Assembly (NCBI GenBank): GCA_030141605.1
Contig: JAQGDQ010000200.1
Coordinates: 248,001 to 312,000, forward strand
DNA length: 64,000 nt
Source: Tubiluchus corallicola
Lineage: Eukaryota; Animalia; Priapulida
Direction of reading: 5' to 3'
Of this stretch, positions 13,882-28,762 are shown in pieces. The position numbers were made by a program, and so were the translations under genes. The notes beneath the pieces are model-generated. The model worked only from the letters and a program-made list of their open reading frames with translations. It made no database searches and had not been told where the DNA came from. The number at the start of each line of letters is the position of its first letter. Position 1 is the stretch's first letter.

Positions 13882-14322
13882 TTAGCCTACATCTATGCGT
13901 ATGTTCTTTGCATTTGGGTCTGACAGCACGTCACCCACGTCGCCCGGTACTGCAGAAGGTGGAAAAGTGTCAGATTCATCAGTTTCAAAATAAGGCGGCT
14001 GCTGAACCCCATTGATGTTAAGAACGATGTTGACTAAAGGACCTGAGCAACGTGTTTGGTCCTCTTCTGGTGGCCTAAACGGTGATGGTCGTCGTTCTTG
14101 TTCGCGTTGAAGAGCTTCAGCGTTTCGAAGTATATGCTGGATGAATCCCTGTCCTTGTTCCGGGCGTGACTCGTGTTGAAGACTTCGCGCGCTTTGAAGG
14201 ATCTGGTCTAGGAACTGCTGCTCTTTTGGAAAGCCGCTGACGGCTGTTTCGTCAACTGGTGGAGCAGTGGAGAGTTGAAAGCAACATACAATGCATAATG
14301 CTAGAATCACAATGTATTTCAT
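13882..14322 (-). CDS. Secreted DP-motif family member 4 (146 aa)
   Basis: Signal peptide; close paralog of member 2 (QSARSLQ.E...QG.GFIQ.IL.N.EALQRE); RCSGPLVNIVLNING; PGDVGDVLSDPNAKNIRIDVG*. 5'UTR acceptor gtttttaccag near 14436, donor at 14949. Confidence 0.85.
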   Translation of the reverse strand: MKYIVILALCIVCCFQLSTAPPVDETAVSGFPKEQQFLDQILQSARSLQHESRPEQGQGFIQHILRNAEALQREQERRPSPFRPPEEDQTRCSGPLVNIVLNINGVQQPPYFETDESDTFPPSAVPGDVGDVLSDPNAKNIRIDVG

Positions 14323-16847
14323 CTCGCTATACTATAAAGGTGGAAATACTTGTTGATGAATTCTGCAAAAAGACTCTAAATAGTCTCTTCCTTTAGACTA
14401 CCGCCACACAATATATCTTGGTCTTTGTTAACTCCTGGTAAAAACAAAAAAAAAACGCTTTATGCTTAAATACTTAGTAGTTCGTACATAAAACAGTAGA
14501 TTATATCTGTAAATCAATACAAATTGCCAAGGTTTTATAAAAATATTCTTTTTCTTATAACAAACCTTTGAAAATGACATGCAATTTTTCACAATTTAAA
14601 ATGGAGAGCAAACTTCACGAAATTGTATAACCCAGTATACTTAAGGCACTTTATAACAGGTATGTACTGTGGTTTATAATTGTCATTCACAGGAAACACT
14701 CAAAAGAGGAAGGAAGAGGTTTGTTTGATATAAAATACTGTAGAGCTTTAGGATGTACTAAGTGCATATAGCTTATAGATGTTAAGCATCAAATTGTCAA
14801 CTTCGAAATGACACATTTAAAAATATGGAAATTATGATAACCCGACTTTTTTCTTCACAAAAATTATCAAAAATATTTCCAGGGAAATTATATTAGTATG
14901 TTATCACAATGTTTTGTTGAAAATCATTTCTTTTAAGAATGATACCTACCTTCGGTGCAAATCAAGTTCAACACAACAATTTTATTACCTAGTAGTCAAC
15001 GTTTTGCTTCATGCACAAAATTGTCATACAAATTTTTCGCTTAAGTACTGTGCGGACACAATTCGACGAACGTGAACCAAACTGTCAAGTTTATAAATAA
15101 TCAGGCATTGTGTCCGGGTTGTTATTAGCTAAAATAATAATCAGCGTGAGCAAGTGGGCGAAACTTCACGGCTGACTTACTGTGGTTCCCTTAGCATATC
15201 TAAGTATTTGTTAACTCTCACTTTCCAGGAGCGAAATATTTCGGAGGTAGCATATAGATGTCGTGGGCGTTTTTGCATCAGCTGACCATTGTCAGTGCCA
15301 ACCCTGCAAGGCGCAAAGCTGTAAAATTAAAAAAATCAAAACAAGCAGGAGCCTTTCAAGTGGCTAAGTATTTGTACGAACCGGAAATGCCACTTTCCGT
15401 CTCATTCAGCTGTTGGTGATTGTAAAAGTACAAAAAATTCTTTACTAAAACACATGCATAACAAATTTGACTAAAACATCCGCATTTTATTACGACGAAC
15501 GTGCAAGTATAAATGAGGAATGATAGTTGTTGCTTGTTGCGTACGGCATTTAGAGGCGACAAGAGTTTTTTTAATGAAAACACTTAATTCATTTCATTTA
15601 CTAATTACTAATAAGTTAAGAACAGGATGGACCAGAACAAACACCGGCCAAATAATAACTCCACTGTAGTGCAAAAATTTTACAGCATGCACTGCAGTGG
15701 TGCTATGAAGCCTAAATCCAAACTGATTCAGCTTGGATTTAGGCTTCATAGAGCTGACTATTTTTGCAAAACATGATAGAAATTCTTTTACAGTGTTTAA
15801 CTTTTGAAACACAATTTGACTGGAATCTAGAAAAAATTGTGTAAACATAGAAAACAATGGAAGTTTCTAAGACACAATATTACGCAAACAAATAAAAAAG
15901 TTTTACTATCTAAAGCATAATTATCTTCGTAACGCAAGCTTTCCTAAATCTTGAAACAAAGTATGTTTTTATCTTCTTAAATGCGTTTTTGTCACGTTAT
16001 TAAATAACAATAATAAATACGATGTTATGTCATAGAACTAGATTTTCAGGAGACAAGAATTCCTACTTCTTACTATTATTGCTCTTAATTTAAACATATT
16101 AACTGAATTTATTAAGCTTACATTACATACACTGTTGTTTGCAATCGCAATAAAGCGTACTAACAGTGCTACATGTACGAACAGAAATATATTCTACAAC
16201 CTACTACAGTCATACACAGTAATAGTGGCAAAATCACTAAATTGTGATGGTGTATTCACGCAAAGCTGATAAAAATATCATTTACACAAGTGAACATATA
16301 TTTAATATGTCCATAAAGAAATAATAATAGCATTGACAATACTGCCAAATAGCTCAATATTAGTCTAGTTTTAAAGCATTTTTGAACAGTTATGTAAGGA
16401 AAAGTTGCTTTCGTGCAGTGGATAGATAAATAGAAAACGCGCACACATTGCCCTTACACACTAATTGCAGACAGGAGAAATAGTCGTCGACACAAGGTCG
16501 AAGTTGATCTACGCCTAGTCTGGCCGATAAACTGGTAGGTGAATGCCAACATAAAATGCGCATTTTATGTTGAGTTTTATGTTGACTCATAAGTTTCATA
16601 AAATTTCACAAAACTAAAACACTATGAAAATGTAGATGAATATGAAGATGCATTATGTCAAGATAAAGAAGTTGATGAAATCTCGTAATTTAGTTTACAG
16701 TACAATTACAACCAGAGAAAAACAATTAAAAATTGTTGACAGAATTTTTAATAAAAAGCACGTTCTACCCTGTATATCATACATACTAGTGAATAGGCAA
16801 AAAATTTATTATATATATATATATATATAATATATATATAAATAAAT

Positions 16848-17041
16848 ATGTCCCACGTCGATTAAAAAACAAAGTTTGTTTCACTAATATATACTAAAAC
16901 TGTAATATTAAATGATGATTTATAACATGTATTTCATATATATATATATAATGTGAAATACGTGCTGCAAATTATTATTTAATATTACAGTTTTAGTTTA
17001 TATTAGTGAAACAAACTTTGTTTTTAAGTGACGTGGGACAT
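16848..17041. repeat. Fold-back inverted repeat (~90-bp arms) with a (TA)n centre
   Basis: atgtcccacgtc..aaaaacaaagtttgtttcactaatat..actaaaactgtaatattaaat is matched by its reverse complement ending gacgtgggacat. There is a (TA)n run at the centre and another on the left flank. Confidence 0.85.
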
Positions 17042-17469
17042 TTTTATTTATTTATTTATTATTTTCTCGTACATAAATATACATTAAAAAGAAACACACA
17101 CACACGTACATTAGCAATATTTACTAATTGTGATTAGTTACATATTTACAAAAAAAAACATTACGCTCAAAATTGTACAACAAAAAAACAAATACAATAA
17201 AAAAATGACAATATCAATTTTTAAATTTCTACTCAATAAACGCCTTGAAATTATTTGTATATATTTAGTTTTCCATAATTAATGCTAATATTTCATTTAA
17301 TACATTTAAGTTATAAAAAAGCGATATCTATACATATGTAGTAGTTTAGATCTATTATAAATCTATATATATATATATATATATATAGCAGTTTAAAATT
17401 TTTATTGTTGTTGCTCTTGTCAGGTTATTCAAGTACTTGCTAAGAAACTGAACATAGCTAACCTCATGT

Positions 17470-17844
17470 TTACGATACCTCTCTTCGAACTTGTATTGCA
17501 CTGGGGTCTGCAATACTTAGTCCTAAGTTGCCACCTAGTGAATATCCTTGTTCTTGAGGTGGTGCATCCACAACACGTACATCTTTCATGCCAACTATGC
17601 TCGATCTATTTTTTAGAGATCCATCATCATTGCCACCATCGTTTTTTACAACATCAAATGCAATATCATTAATGTTGAAAACAAAATTAATCGTTAGCTG
17701 GGATTTTGTGCATCGATGAAGTTGCCGTTGTTGTTGTGGTTCATTGTGTCTTCCACTAGTATGCTGCACGAATTCGTTAACTGGCAATCCAATGGTAAGG
17801 TTCAGATAACATAATATGATCTTCGCTAACGTTATGTGATTCAT
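17470..17844 (-). CDS. Secreted DP-motif family member 5 (124 aa)
   Basis: Signal-like MNHITLAKIILCYLNLTIG; RCTKSQLTINFVFNINDI; GGNLGLSIADPSAIQVRREVS*. Acceptor gtcctgcag lies 8 nt upstream of the ATG. Confidence 0.8.
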   Translation of the reverse strand: MNHITLAKIILCYLNLTIGLPVNEFVQHTSGRHNEPQQQRQLHRCTKSQLTINFVFNINDIAFDVVKNDGGNDDGSLKNRSSIVGMKDVRVVDAPPQEQGYSLGGNLGLSIADPSAIQVRREVS

Positions 17845-19850
17845 CGCTTGCTCTGCAGGACAAAGAAAAACGTTGACGTAAAAACTCCAACAGTAAACAG
17901 CATTTTCTTGATTCAGAGAAACTTTTCTTCAACACTAAACAGCATTGTCTTCACTCAAAACAAAAACTTTTCTCCTACATTATTTACTTACAGCAAGAAT
18001 TGACTTGATGTAGAAGAAAAAACTTTTATCCAACATTAAACAACAATGGCTTCATGCACAACAAAAAGAGATTTTTCCAACATTAACATCATTGCCTTCA
18101 TGAAAAGAAAAAACTTTTTCCTGCATTAAACAGCATTGTCTTCGTGCAACACCAGGAAATTTTGATGCACAACTGCGTGGTAATTTGTGGACTGTTACTC
18201 CAAATATTTTAGATGTTCGATCAAGAATTTAGATTGTAAACCGAAAATCAAAATTCGCTGGTTTAAATCTAGGCTTATCGCCTCGACTCTCACATTTTTC
18301 ACATTTCCCTTCTTTGGTCAAAATTGATTTTAAAAGTTCAATAATTGTGAGTTAATTTCATTATCAAAATGCAGTAATGGTACAGAATGTAACAAGATAC
18401 CTGATGCCTATAAGAGAAATAAAAACGTGCTGTATTGCGCGTAGATTGCAAGGCTTTCGAATTGTGTAAAAATGGCGTACATACCTCTCAAAATCTAAAT
18501 CTTTTTCTGTGAGTACGTTCTTGCTTTGAGCACCATTCATTAGCTTTAATCGGGTGCCTTTATGCGACCGTGGCACCTGGTATCCTTGGACGAAATGCGT
18601 CATTAAAGGGGGTAAAGATCCATGACTCTTGACATAATAGTAAAAGTTTTATAATCTCTATTGTCACTTTTCCGGCCTCATTTTGTCTCCAGCTTGATGA
18701 CGTCAGTAATTGGTGTTTCTACAATTTCGATTAGGCCAGTACCGTTTACAAAAGTTTTTGGGAGCATTTGGGGCCATCAACATATAACGCCAATTTCGAA
18801 GACCTACCAACCTTGCGTTATAATGGCGTTATCTCATCTCCTGTCACCTACCTACCATAAACTTGACATCGTTTTGTGTGGATGACGCGTTTATGCATAT
18901 ATCGAAAAACGAAGTTAGTCGCTAGTTACTAGTAAGTAATTTATTTCACTAAATGTACAACAGTACAAAACATACATAACGCAAAAATATAATTAAAAAT
19001 GAAGTAATTGATGAGATATACAATTTCAGTGTACGTTTAGCCATTATCGCTTATGAAACTATGAGCCTGTAAAAATGTGAAAAGAGGGGCTAAAAAGTAT
19101 GGTGCAGAGAGGAGTTTTTGTCTCAATTTTTTTCTCTGACTACTTTCTAGGTTTTTCTTGTCGGTAGTACAATAACAACTATGTAAGAACTATGTACCGC
19201 TCCGTAATTTTATGTGTCAACATTGTAATTTGCAAAATGTGCGTTCATTAATTGTCATGTCATACATATCAGTGCCTTTATGTATACAAAAATATTGCAC
19301 CAAGCCTTGCTGAATGTTGCATAATTATGTTTTTAATAATTATAAAGGCAGTGAGTACAATAAACGTGTATTGTATAGATATTTCATTATTATGCATGTA
19401 TATTATATCATTCACGTGACCATTGGTGCCCGGAAAAAACGCCCGAATTGTAGTAAAAAAATCTAGAATTAAGAAATTTATATATAACTTAAATATAATT
19501 TATGTAAAAAAATCTAAATCTACCTATAGCCAGAAAAGTATAAATATTGAGGGATCGTCAGAGGGCCGTAGACGTCGTACATATATATATATATATATAT
19601 ACATGTAAAATTTTTTGATAAATTACAGCTTTATCATCAGTGTAACCTAGTTTCCAAGAAAAAGCAAGCAAACAACAGCCATCTTCTCTTCCCCTTGCCC
19701 GCTCCGCCGTACAAGCCTTTGTAGACTCTGCTCTTACTGAGTAATTTGTTCTGGTATGCATAAAGATCCCACTAATACACTCCATTACCATAAAATAAAA
19801 TGCTATTATATGTACTTTTGCATGTAAAACTGTGTAATCATTTAAAGTTT

Positions 19851-20300
19851 CTACTTTTTCTTCCCTGACGCAGATGAGCCAAGCGGATCACTCAGACTGA
19901 ATGAACCGTCTACGGCAACTGCTGCTGCAGTAAAAAATACTGGTTGTTCAGTAACTGGCTGAGTCTTTTCCACGAATCCAGGTATGCCATCAGTGCTGAC
20001 ATCACCGTTTATGTGAAATTGGATGTTGACCGTTGGCGGGCAATTGGCTGATGATGATTGTCGCCGCTCCGTTTCAAGCCTTAGAAGGGCAACTTGTCGC
20101 TGCAGTAGACTAATAAGTTGTTGTTGACTCTCTTGTACTTCATGACACTGCTGTGGAGCTGGTTGATTTTGTCTGTATTGCAGTTGTGATCTAAAGCTAT
20201 TACCAGGTTGAGGATTAGAAGTTCCACTGCCGCCTGATGTAAGCAAAAAGACATTACTGCCAATGAGTAGGTGCAGCAGAGCGAGTATCCAAATTTTCAT
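19851..20300 (-). CDS. Secreted DP-motif family member 6 (149 aa)
   Basis: Signal MKIWILALLHLLIGSNVFLLTSG; Gln-rich, coiled-coil-like middle; NCPPTVNIQFHINGD; DGSFSLSDPLGSSASGKKK*. Acceptor aatttcag lies 10 nt before the ATG, with a candidate donor near 20649. Confidence 0.8.
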   Translation of the reverse strand: MKIWILALLHLLIGSNVFLLTSGGSGTSNPQPGNSFRSQLQYRQNQPAPQQCHEVQESQQQLISLLQRQVALLRLETERRQSSSANCPPTVNIQFHINGDVSTDGIPGFVEKTQPVTEQPVFFTAAAVAVDGSFSLSDPLGSSASGKKK

Positions 20301-21828
20301 TGTGAAAATCCTGAAATTTATGATTCATTAGTTACAGCCAAGTTTCTGCAACATTTGAACACATTCACGATATATTCAAATTTAATCCGAAATGAAATTG
20401 GTAACGGCAGCGGCTACAACTTTTAGCCTTTCTAAACATTGCGCTGAAGGTTTCTATTTTAATAAATTCATTTTAATAATAATAACCCTTTAATGAAAAG
20501 GGTTAAAAGAAGATTGGCGTTCACTTATATAACAGAACGCCTAAAATAAGACCACATTGGAGTTTTCTCTGACAGTTAAAAGATCTAACTGTAGCGCAAA
20601 AGAAGTACATTGTTTAGGTCTGAAGTACCAATTGTCTCTACGTACTTACCTTTGTTTTTAATACTAAACCTCAATTTTTCCTTTCAGTAATTACAATTAT
20701 TGAACGTTGCACAAAAATTACCAATATTACGTATCACACGTTTAAAAAACATGAGCGGTTTAAATTCACATCGAAAAGTTGGAAGCTGGAAAGTTCTGAA
20801 CTATACCTAAACTTGTATTTGTATGCATATTAACCAATGCATGCACATTACTTGCTATTAATTTACTGCCATATTGTATTGTTAACTTACTGTTTTTCTA
20901 GATCTCCTTTTTTGAGCGTTTTAAGTTGCAACTGTAGTGTCACAGCAGTTGTAATGATTCACATTTTACTGTTAGTGGTCCTTTCTGGAAAAGGATGTCC
21001 AACCATTTCTAGCGCGACTAATGGCACGTTGTTTTGAAGAGTCCCAGCGGGATCTACTTCATTGAAAGAAAACGGCATGACCTTCAATACCAGGCGTTAA
21101 AATCCTTCAATTAGGAGACGGGAAATAGGGAAATTGAGAAAATAAAGACATGATCATGGTCAAGCCAAATTTATTGTTATCACTAAAGGATACATTAAAA
21201 TACCACGCAGAAGACTATGAGTTATAATAAGTACTTAACTAAGCACGTAATTATTGCAAAGTGTACTAGCTCAATTTACATACTTTTCTTCTAAATAAGC
21301 ACCTATGGCTAAGTTCTAGGCTAAGATGTACATTTTCGATATTCGATGCGTTATAACTCGGAAAGCTGCGTGTTCTTTTCTTATCAACATCTGTCTTGAA
21401 ATTTAACATCGTTCCTGATTTTAAAAGTGATGTTTTTTTGCCTTTGAACCCTGTTCCTTTCCATCGGGGATGCAGACTGGGACTGGATGCAGAATGAGTC
21501 AGCAACTGAAACTTACTTAATTGGTAGCTAAATAAAGCGCTAAAGTGTAAATCAGTAATACGTCTCCAAATCGCATTATGAAAACAATAGTATAACAATA
21601 GCATAGTAAAGAATATCTGTTACCGAGAAGAAATGTATAAAAAGATCATCTATATGTGAACAGAAGCTATTTACAGCAGAGCTATAATTCATGTCTACAG
21701 AATTAATATCAATGTTGTCATTGCAGCTGAGGCGTGGTATTCTCCCGTGCTTCCAGACTGACGTAAAGTGAGCTCGTGTAAACACAAACTCATACACATG
21801 TATTTCTACAAGATTAAAATGACTTTTT

Positions 21829-22380
21829 TCATTTTTTGCCGCTTTCAATACGCAACTGGTCTGCAGCAGGATCTGCTAAGTTGAATGTACCTGCTGCAAA
21901 ACTGTCTACCGGTGGTTCTGGTAACTGTCCCCCTTTAACATCTCCATTCACATGGAATACTATATTAATGGTGTTAGAGCCGCAAGATGGCGACTGCTGT
22001 GTAGGCTGCAACTCCAGAAACTGTATAGGCTGCTGTTGTTGTTGTTGACGCCCTAGCTGCTGCTGTCGTAGTTCCAACAGTGACGGCGACGGTTGTGATT
22101 GCTTAAACTGCTGGTTCTGCAGTTGCGCTGCCTGTGGCGTCAAGCTTTGCAGTAGCTGTAGCTGTTGTTGAGTAGGATTGAACGGTATGGATTGTGGCTG
22201 TAGCCGTATGATGGTTTGCTGTGGTTGCTGCGGTGTTTGTTGGTGCTGCTCTTGCATTCTTGGCGGTGATTGGCTTCGTTGTTGTGGTTGGGTTTCAGCA
22301 CTTGGGGACTCCGCTGCTGGAAAACACTGGACGTTACCAACAAAGAGCAGACTAACTAGCATCAGCATCCAAGCCTTCAT
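21829..22380 (-). CDS. Secreted DP-motif family member 7 (183 aa, poly-Gln rich)
   Basis: The true ATG is at 22380 (MKAWMLMLVSLLFVGNVQC), after acceptor gtttgaacag; long Q/P-rich linker; SCGSNTINIVFHVNGD; AGTFNLADPAADQLRIESGKK*. Confidence 0.85.
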   Translation of the reverse strand: MKAWMLMLVSLLFVGNVQCFPAAESPSAETQPQQRSQSPPRMQEQHQQTPQQPQQTIIRLQPQSIPFNPTQQQLQLLQSLTPQAAQLQNQQFKQSQPSPSLLELRQQQLGRQQQQQQPIQFLELQPTQQSPSCGSNTINIVFHVNGDVKGGQLPEPPVDSFAAGTFNLADPAADQLRIESGKK

Positions 22381-25300
22381 TTTGTTAACCTGTTCAAACA
22401 CGAATTGCTGAGTAAAATCTGTTGGGGTTCAAATAAATAGCACGAACAATTTAATTAATATATCTATGTTATTATTATTATAATTACTATGATTATAAAC
22501 GTTCGTTTTCATTTAATGAATATTTTACAACAGTTTTTCAGTGCACTTTTTATTAAGAAGGCGCCGTGGGATGATAAGATGTTCATAGAATTTGTTCGGA
22601 TTGTACGTGATATAGGTATAGAATTTCAGTACGCGACTCTAGAATTTTACGAAAGTTTTTAGTTTGATTACAAAAATAAAATAATGTAGCTTTGCGTTGA
22701 ACGTGCTTTAATCATTTGTTATTCATCGTAATTACAGGTTTACAATTACAAGCAAATATACATTTAGTCGCACAATATATTCATGTGTCACCAAATAAAA
22801 CACAAAACAGTTTTAGCTACAACCACCACTTATTGTTTATATGTCAAAAATATTCATTAAAAACCTGAAAAAATGTAATTTAATTTCAATTTTATAATAA
22901 TTTAAATTTGTCACGTAAGACATTGGACAAAATCCATATTGGATCAAAACGACGTAAGTCACAGTTGATATTAGACTTAAAACATGTACCTACCTGTTAG
23001 CTAATCCTGGTTTCACAGAGTTCAGACAGAAATAATGTTGCTTGCTTTCGCAAAACATTTGGTATGTCCAAAAAACATAAAGTCTTGTGACATTCTCTTA
23101 CCGGATCTAATAATGTCCATTCACAGCAAGACACTAGGTACACCACAATGACAACCAGAGACTCCACTATATAATTAAGGTTTATGGCGTCTTCCAAGTA
23201 ATTAAGAACATCTTCGCAGATTTTTTATGACTGTACTTAAAAACGTGTTTACCGATTGACAAACATTTAGGTTTTCACTGTTGCCGTCTAAGGACTTTAT
23301 TTTTCTTTGAACGATTCCATGTAACCAAACTGAAGTGCTAAGCCTGCAAATGATCTAGTGTACCTCTATTTCTGCATAAGATTTCTCAGCTTGGGGATTT
23401 AGGATCTAACTCCGTTTTTATGATGCTACCAAAATACCAATTTAATAATTTATTAACAAAGTTTATCTTATCTTAATCCAACAAATGGAAAAAAATCGCA
23501 GTCTTATCTAAACCTAGGCTTTTGTGACTTGGAAATGCTGACCTAATTAATGAAACTAAGCACCAAAGTTTAAAAGCCAACAGTTGGTGATTTTAATTTA
23601 ATTTTTTACGCGAATAAACTTTCGATACTTCATAAAAAAAAATCATAGATATTGTACACGTATTAATTTTTGAAAAAGCCAGTCCCAAGAATGTTAAAAT
23701 GCACAAATCAGCCTTAAGAATAATAAAATGTGCAAACCAGCTCTAAAAATGATATAATGCTCTCAAGCATGTACTTGACTACCAAACAGGCTGAAAAAAC
23801 TACTCAAGTACTGCAAATAGGAAAAAATTAAATACTCCCACAATTAAATTTAACGTCTAATATAATATAAGCTATTTGTTAAATCGTTCAAATAATTCAA
23901 GCAACGTTATAACCACTCACTTTATTATCCGTCTAAATTCTTTTAGATTCCACAGAGAATTTCGTCTATGCAACGAAAGAGTCAGACATTCTTCTTTTCA
24001 AAGTTTTCCAAACAAATCGTTTAGTTTTGAGACATTTATACGTGAACCATAACGTTGAGCCCTAAAAGGCTAGCAAATGGCGAACATAGAATTGTATTAC
24101 TACCTATACTTACTTACTTACTTACTATATAAATTTTTATACATGCATATGTAATTATACTGTTAGCAAATTTTTTTTATTTGTTACAAGCGGAGTACAA
24201 CCCTGTTACATTAAACCTATGTACAAGCCTAACTTGACCGATATTTTTGCAACATCTTCCATATACTTCCATCAGGTTCTTCAACCAGCGCCATCCTTTC
24301 CAACAAACGCTCTGCGTGACATCTTTAAGTTACGCAAGTCAGTGTGACAATGATGATTAGGGTTTGATTAACTTTCACTAAGCAACATTTAGTATTGCTG
24401 CTAGTTCGTCTCATAATTACTTCGCGTTTGACACTCTTAACATAAACTTAAATTTCACTTCACTTGTGGCGTGTAAGAACTTTAGCACACCTGTTATTAG
24501 TTATTAATTTCTCTTTAATTAAACATTACATCGTTTGTGTCCCGTGCTTATTTCTCCTTCATTATAAACAATTTTTCATCTCATTTCCTCATTCTTAGGC
24601 TTGTCATAACATTGAAATAACTTAAACTTCCCTCTTGGCTTTCTGCACTTATTTGCTTCTGAATGTTCTTTTTATATTAGTAGTGTTCTAGTTTTCTGTA
24701 TTTAAGCTGTGTGAGAGAGGTCTACCTTGAACGTTTAGACCTGTAACTAAAGCCAGGGTAATTGTTTCGCTGTGTTTTAGTATAGTTTCATAATATAATT
24801 ACTCGTGACTTGTTAATATTAATGTTATTTGATTCAGTGATTGAACAGACATGTGATTTTTTCTTCGGTGAAAGTTTTATGGTTTTTACCTTTTTGATTT
24901 GAAGAGTTGTTTAATTTTAATATATGGACAACGTGATTATTAACTTTATTTTCTTTGTTTTCATTTTCATGCAGTTAATGCCAGCGATAATTCATGATTC
25001 AACATAAAAACTGCAACTCTACAGGACCTGGAAGTAAACCATAATATAGTTCAGTCATTCAGTGTTCATTAAAAGTTAACAGGCTTAATAACTGTGGGCA
25101 AGTGTTATCTTGGTGCTTGCTCTCCCCCTGAAGTTGTTTCGATGACTTCAGATCCTGCAAATTCATTAGGATATCACAAAACAGTAACAATACCTAACCC
25201 TTGCCCACAGGATACACATCATCGCTAAGGATTAATCACGCATTTTTGTTTCTATGTTGGTCCTTTGTGCAGTTATATGTATCAAAGCATTGCCTTCTTT

Positions 25301-25872
25301 CGCTTTTTAGAGTTGTAAGAAAGTGAGTGGTGATTCTCAACGGAGTTGATAATCGTATGTGTCGAGCTTTTATGTGTGAAATCATAATCTTTTCTTCTTG
25401 AATTGTGTGTTTTGTTTTGGTAATCTCCTTAAAACAAATATGAACGTACAAAAAATATGAACATACAAAAATGATAAAGCAAAAAACTTAAAGTACCATT
25501 AAAATATCTTCATGATATTTATTAACGTAGTAGACTATCATTGATAGCACACAGTCAGATTATCCAGAAAATGTTAAAACACGAAAAAAACATTAAAACA
25601 CTATGGACGGTAATAAAATATGTTTGATGATAACATAGTAGGTTAATAGATGTTTTAGTCTGCCATCAGCCAGCATCAGCATTTACAAAATAGCAGTGAT
25701 CAGAGATACACCATCGAATAATAACGACGGCGACGCACTGTTTTTTTTTTGCTGATTTGCTAATGAGAGTTTGCCATCATCAAGATAAATTTGCTATCAA
25801 ACATGAATTAGTTTCCACTATACATATACAGTAGCAAAACCATCGTAAAGACCCCGAATGCGAGACATTGGT

Positions 25873-27064
<1,192 letters not shown>

Positions 27065-27853
27065 GTTCTTTCACCTGTATTACTGCAACGAACTGCCCGA
27101 ATTATAAAACTCGAAAAGTGTTTTTACCTCGTGATATTTTTCCGATAATGTGATGCTTCTGAAGCAGCTTAAACTTATGTTCAGTAATTGGCTCACTACA
27201 GTTTCCGGTCTAGGTTTATGTGCACGCCCATTGCGATTTACCTACCATACATAGCCCTATAAATATGAGGATAACCATTTTTGCTAGGCAATTTTGACCA
27301 ATTTAGATGATCATTTGTGTCATTGTTAACAAGTTGCTGCACATGTTTTCTTGCGTGGTTCACTGTCAGTGATACACTGTCATTACAAGGTCTCAACGAT
27401 TGGTATATGGCTACTATAGTTTAACCAAGCGAAAGGTTATCATCGATTATCCAATTATCTGTCCAAACCAATACTTTTAATTTATCAATATACCACAGAC
27501 ATCTACCATTGGAAACTGATAATGTAGACAAAAAGGCATTATTGTTTACATGTGAAACTTTAAATGTAAAAAAGAAAATAAGGCGTTGACATAAGACACG
27601 TTGAATAACATTTTGTAGTAGTAGCAGCAAGCAGTAGTAAGACGAATGCGTTCGGTCTAACTGAATTAATAAAAATGTGTTACATAAAACTAAGGTAAAA
27701 CATGCTTACTCATCACCAAATTACTAACTACAAAGTCCATTATAATATTATATACCTTTACAATTACCGTATATACGAATAGAAGGGCAAGGTAACTAAA
27801 TCTTGCAATATGCAAGTTTGTGTTTTACTTCTATATAGGGCCTGAATTTTACC

Positions 27854-27854
<1 letters not shown>

Positions 27855-27909
<55 letters not shown>

Positions 27910-27973
27910 GATGAATTGCACATAAGTAAAAATTAACTGACACTCTATTACAATTTATCTGTTATTATTGTAG

Positions 27974-28028
<55 letters not shown>

Positions 28029-28060
28029 CATTATAACAGATATTATTATTATTCATCTGT
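27855..28060. repeat. (AAT)n ... (ATT)n opposed microsatellites with a short inverted flank
   Basis: AAT run at 27855-27907 followed by ataacagatgaat; ATT run at ~27977-28033 followed by attcatctgttat. Confidence 0.8.
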
Positions 28061-28545
28061 TATCAGATTTTTTACGTGTATTAAAAAATTATAGACGTAC
28101 GTATTCTGCAAAAAACGTAAAGCTTTCATTAATATTTATTTTCTTTCAATAAGATTCGGCAAAATCATAAAATACAGGCAATACAAATGCAGAAATCAAG
28201 AGAATGTAAAAATGCAATTGAAATTCCTGACCCCTGAGGTGGCTGGGAACTAAACCGCCTAGGTACATTATTAACTTATATGAACCTATATCACGACATT
28301 CTCTAAAATGTTTTTGCATGCAGCGACTGATATCGTTTGGTGTTGTTTACTGAACCTAAAGCAGACTGTAGTTAATTGTTTCGTTTGTCTGTATCTACAG
28401 TAATTTATAGCAAATGAGTATAATATACTACTGTAGACTTGCAATGCACATTTTGGTGCAAGCGAGCGTTGGAACGACAATGTACAAAAACAAAGCCTGT
28501 TTCAAAATTTGCAATGGCTTCTATTCCAAGCGCTTACTTCACTGA

Positions 28546-28552
28546 TATAAAA
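28546..28552 (+). promoter_or_regulatory. TATA box of the Gly/Tyr-rich gene
   Basis: TATAAAA lies ~75 nt upstream of a strong donor (G|gtaagc at 28625) whose intron ends at tttcag 28758, 4 nt before the ATG. Confidence 0.6.
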
Positions 28553-28762
28553 GACCAAAGTACTATAGCACTTTAGCAATAAGGATTGCTCCGTGAGCGT
28601 GTTAGTACTGCAGTCAAGTTCGTGGTAAGCGCAGAGATTCTGTTACTTTTTATTTATTATTTCTATGTCTGTAAATGCTTGATTTATTCTTGCATAGCTC
28701 TTTATTAGTCTTGGCGTTTTTTTGTTTTACATTCTTGACGTATGCTTCTTAGTTTCAGAAAA

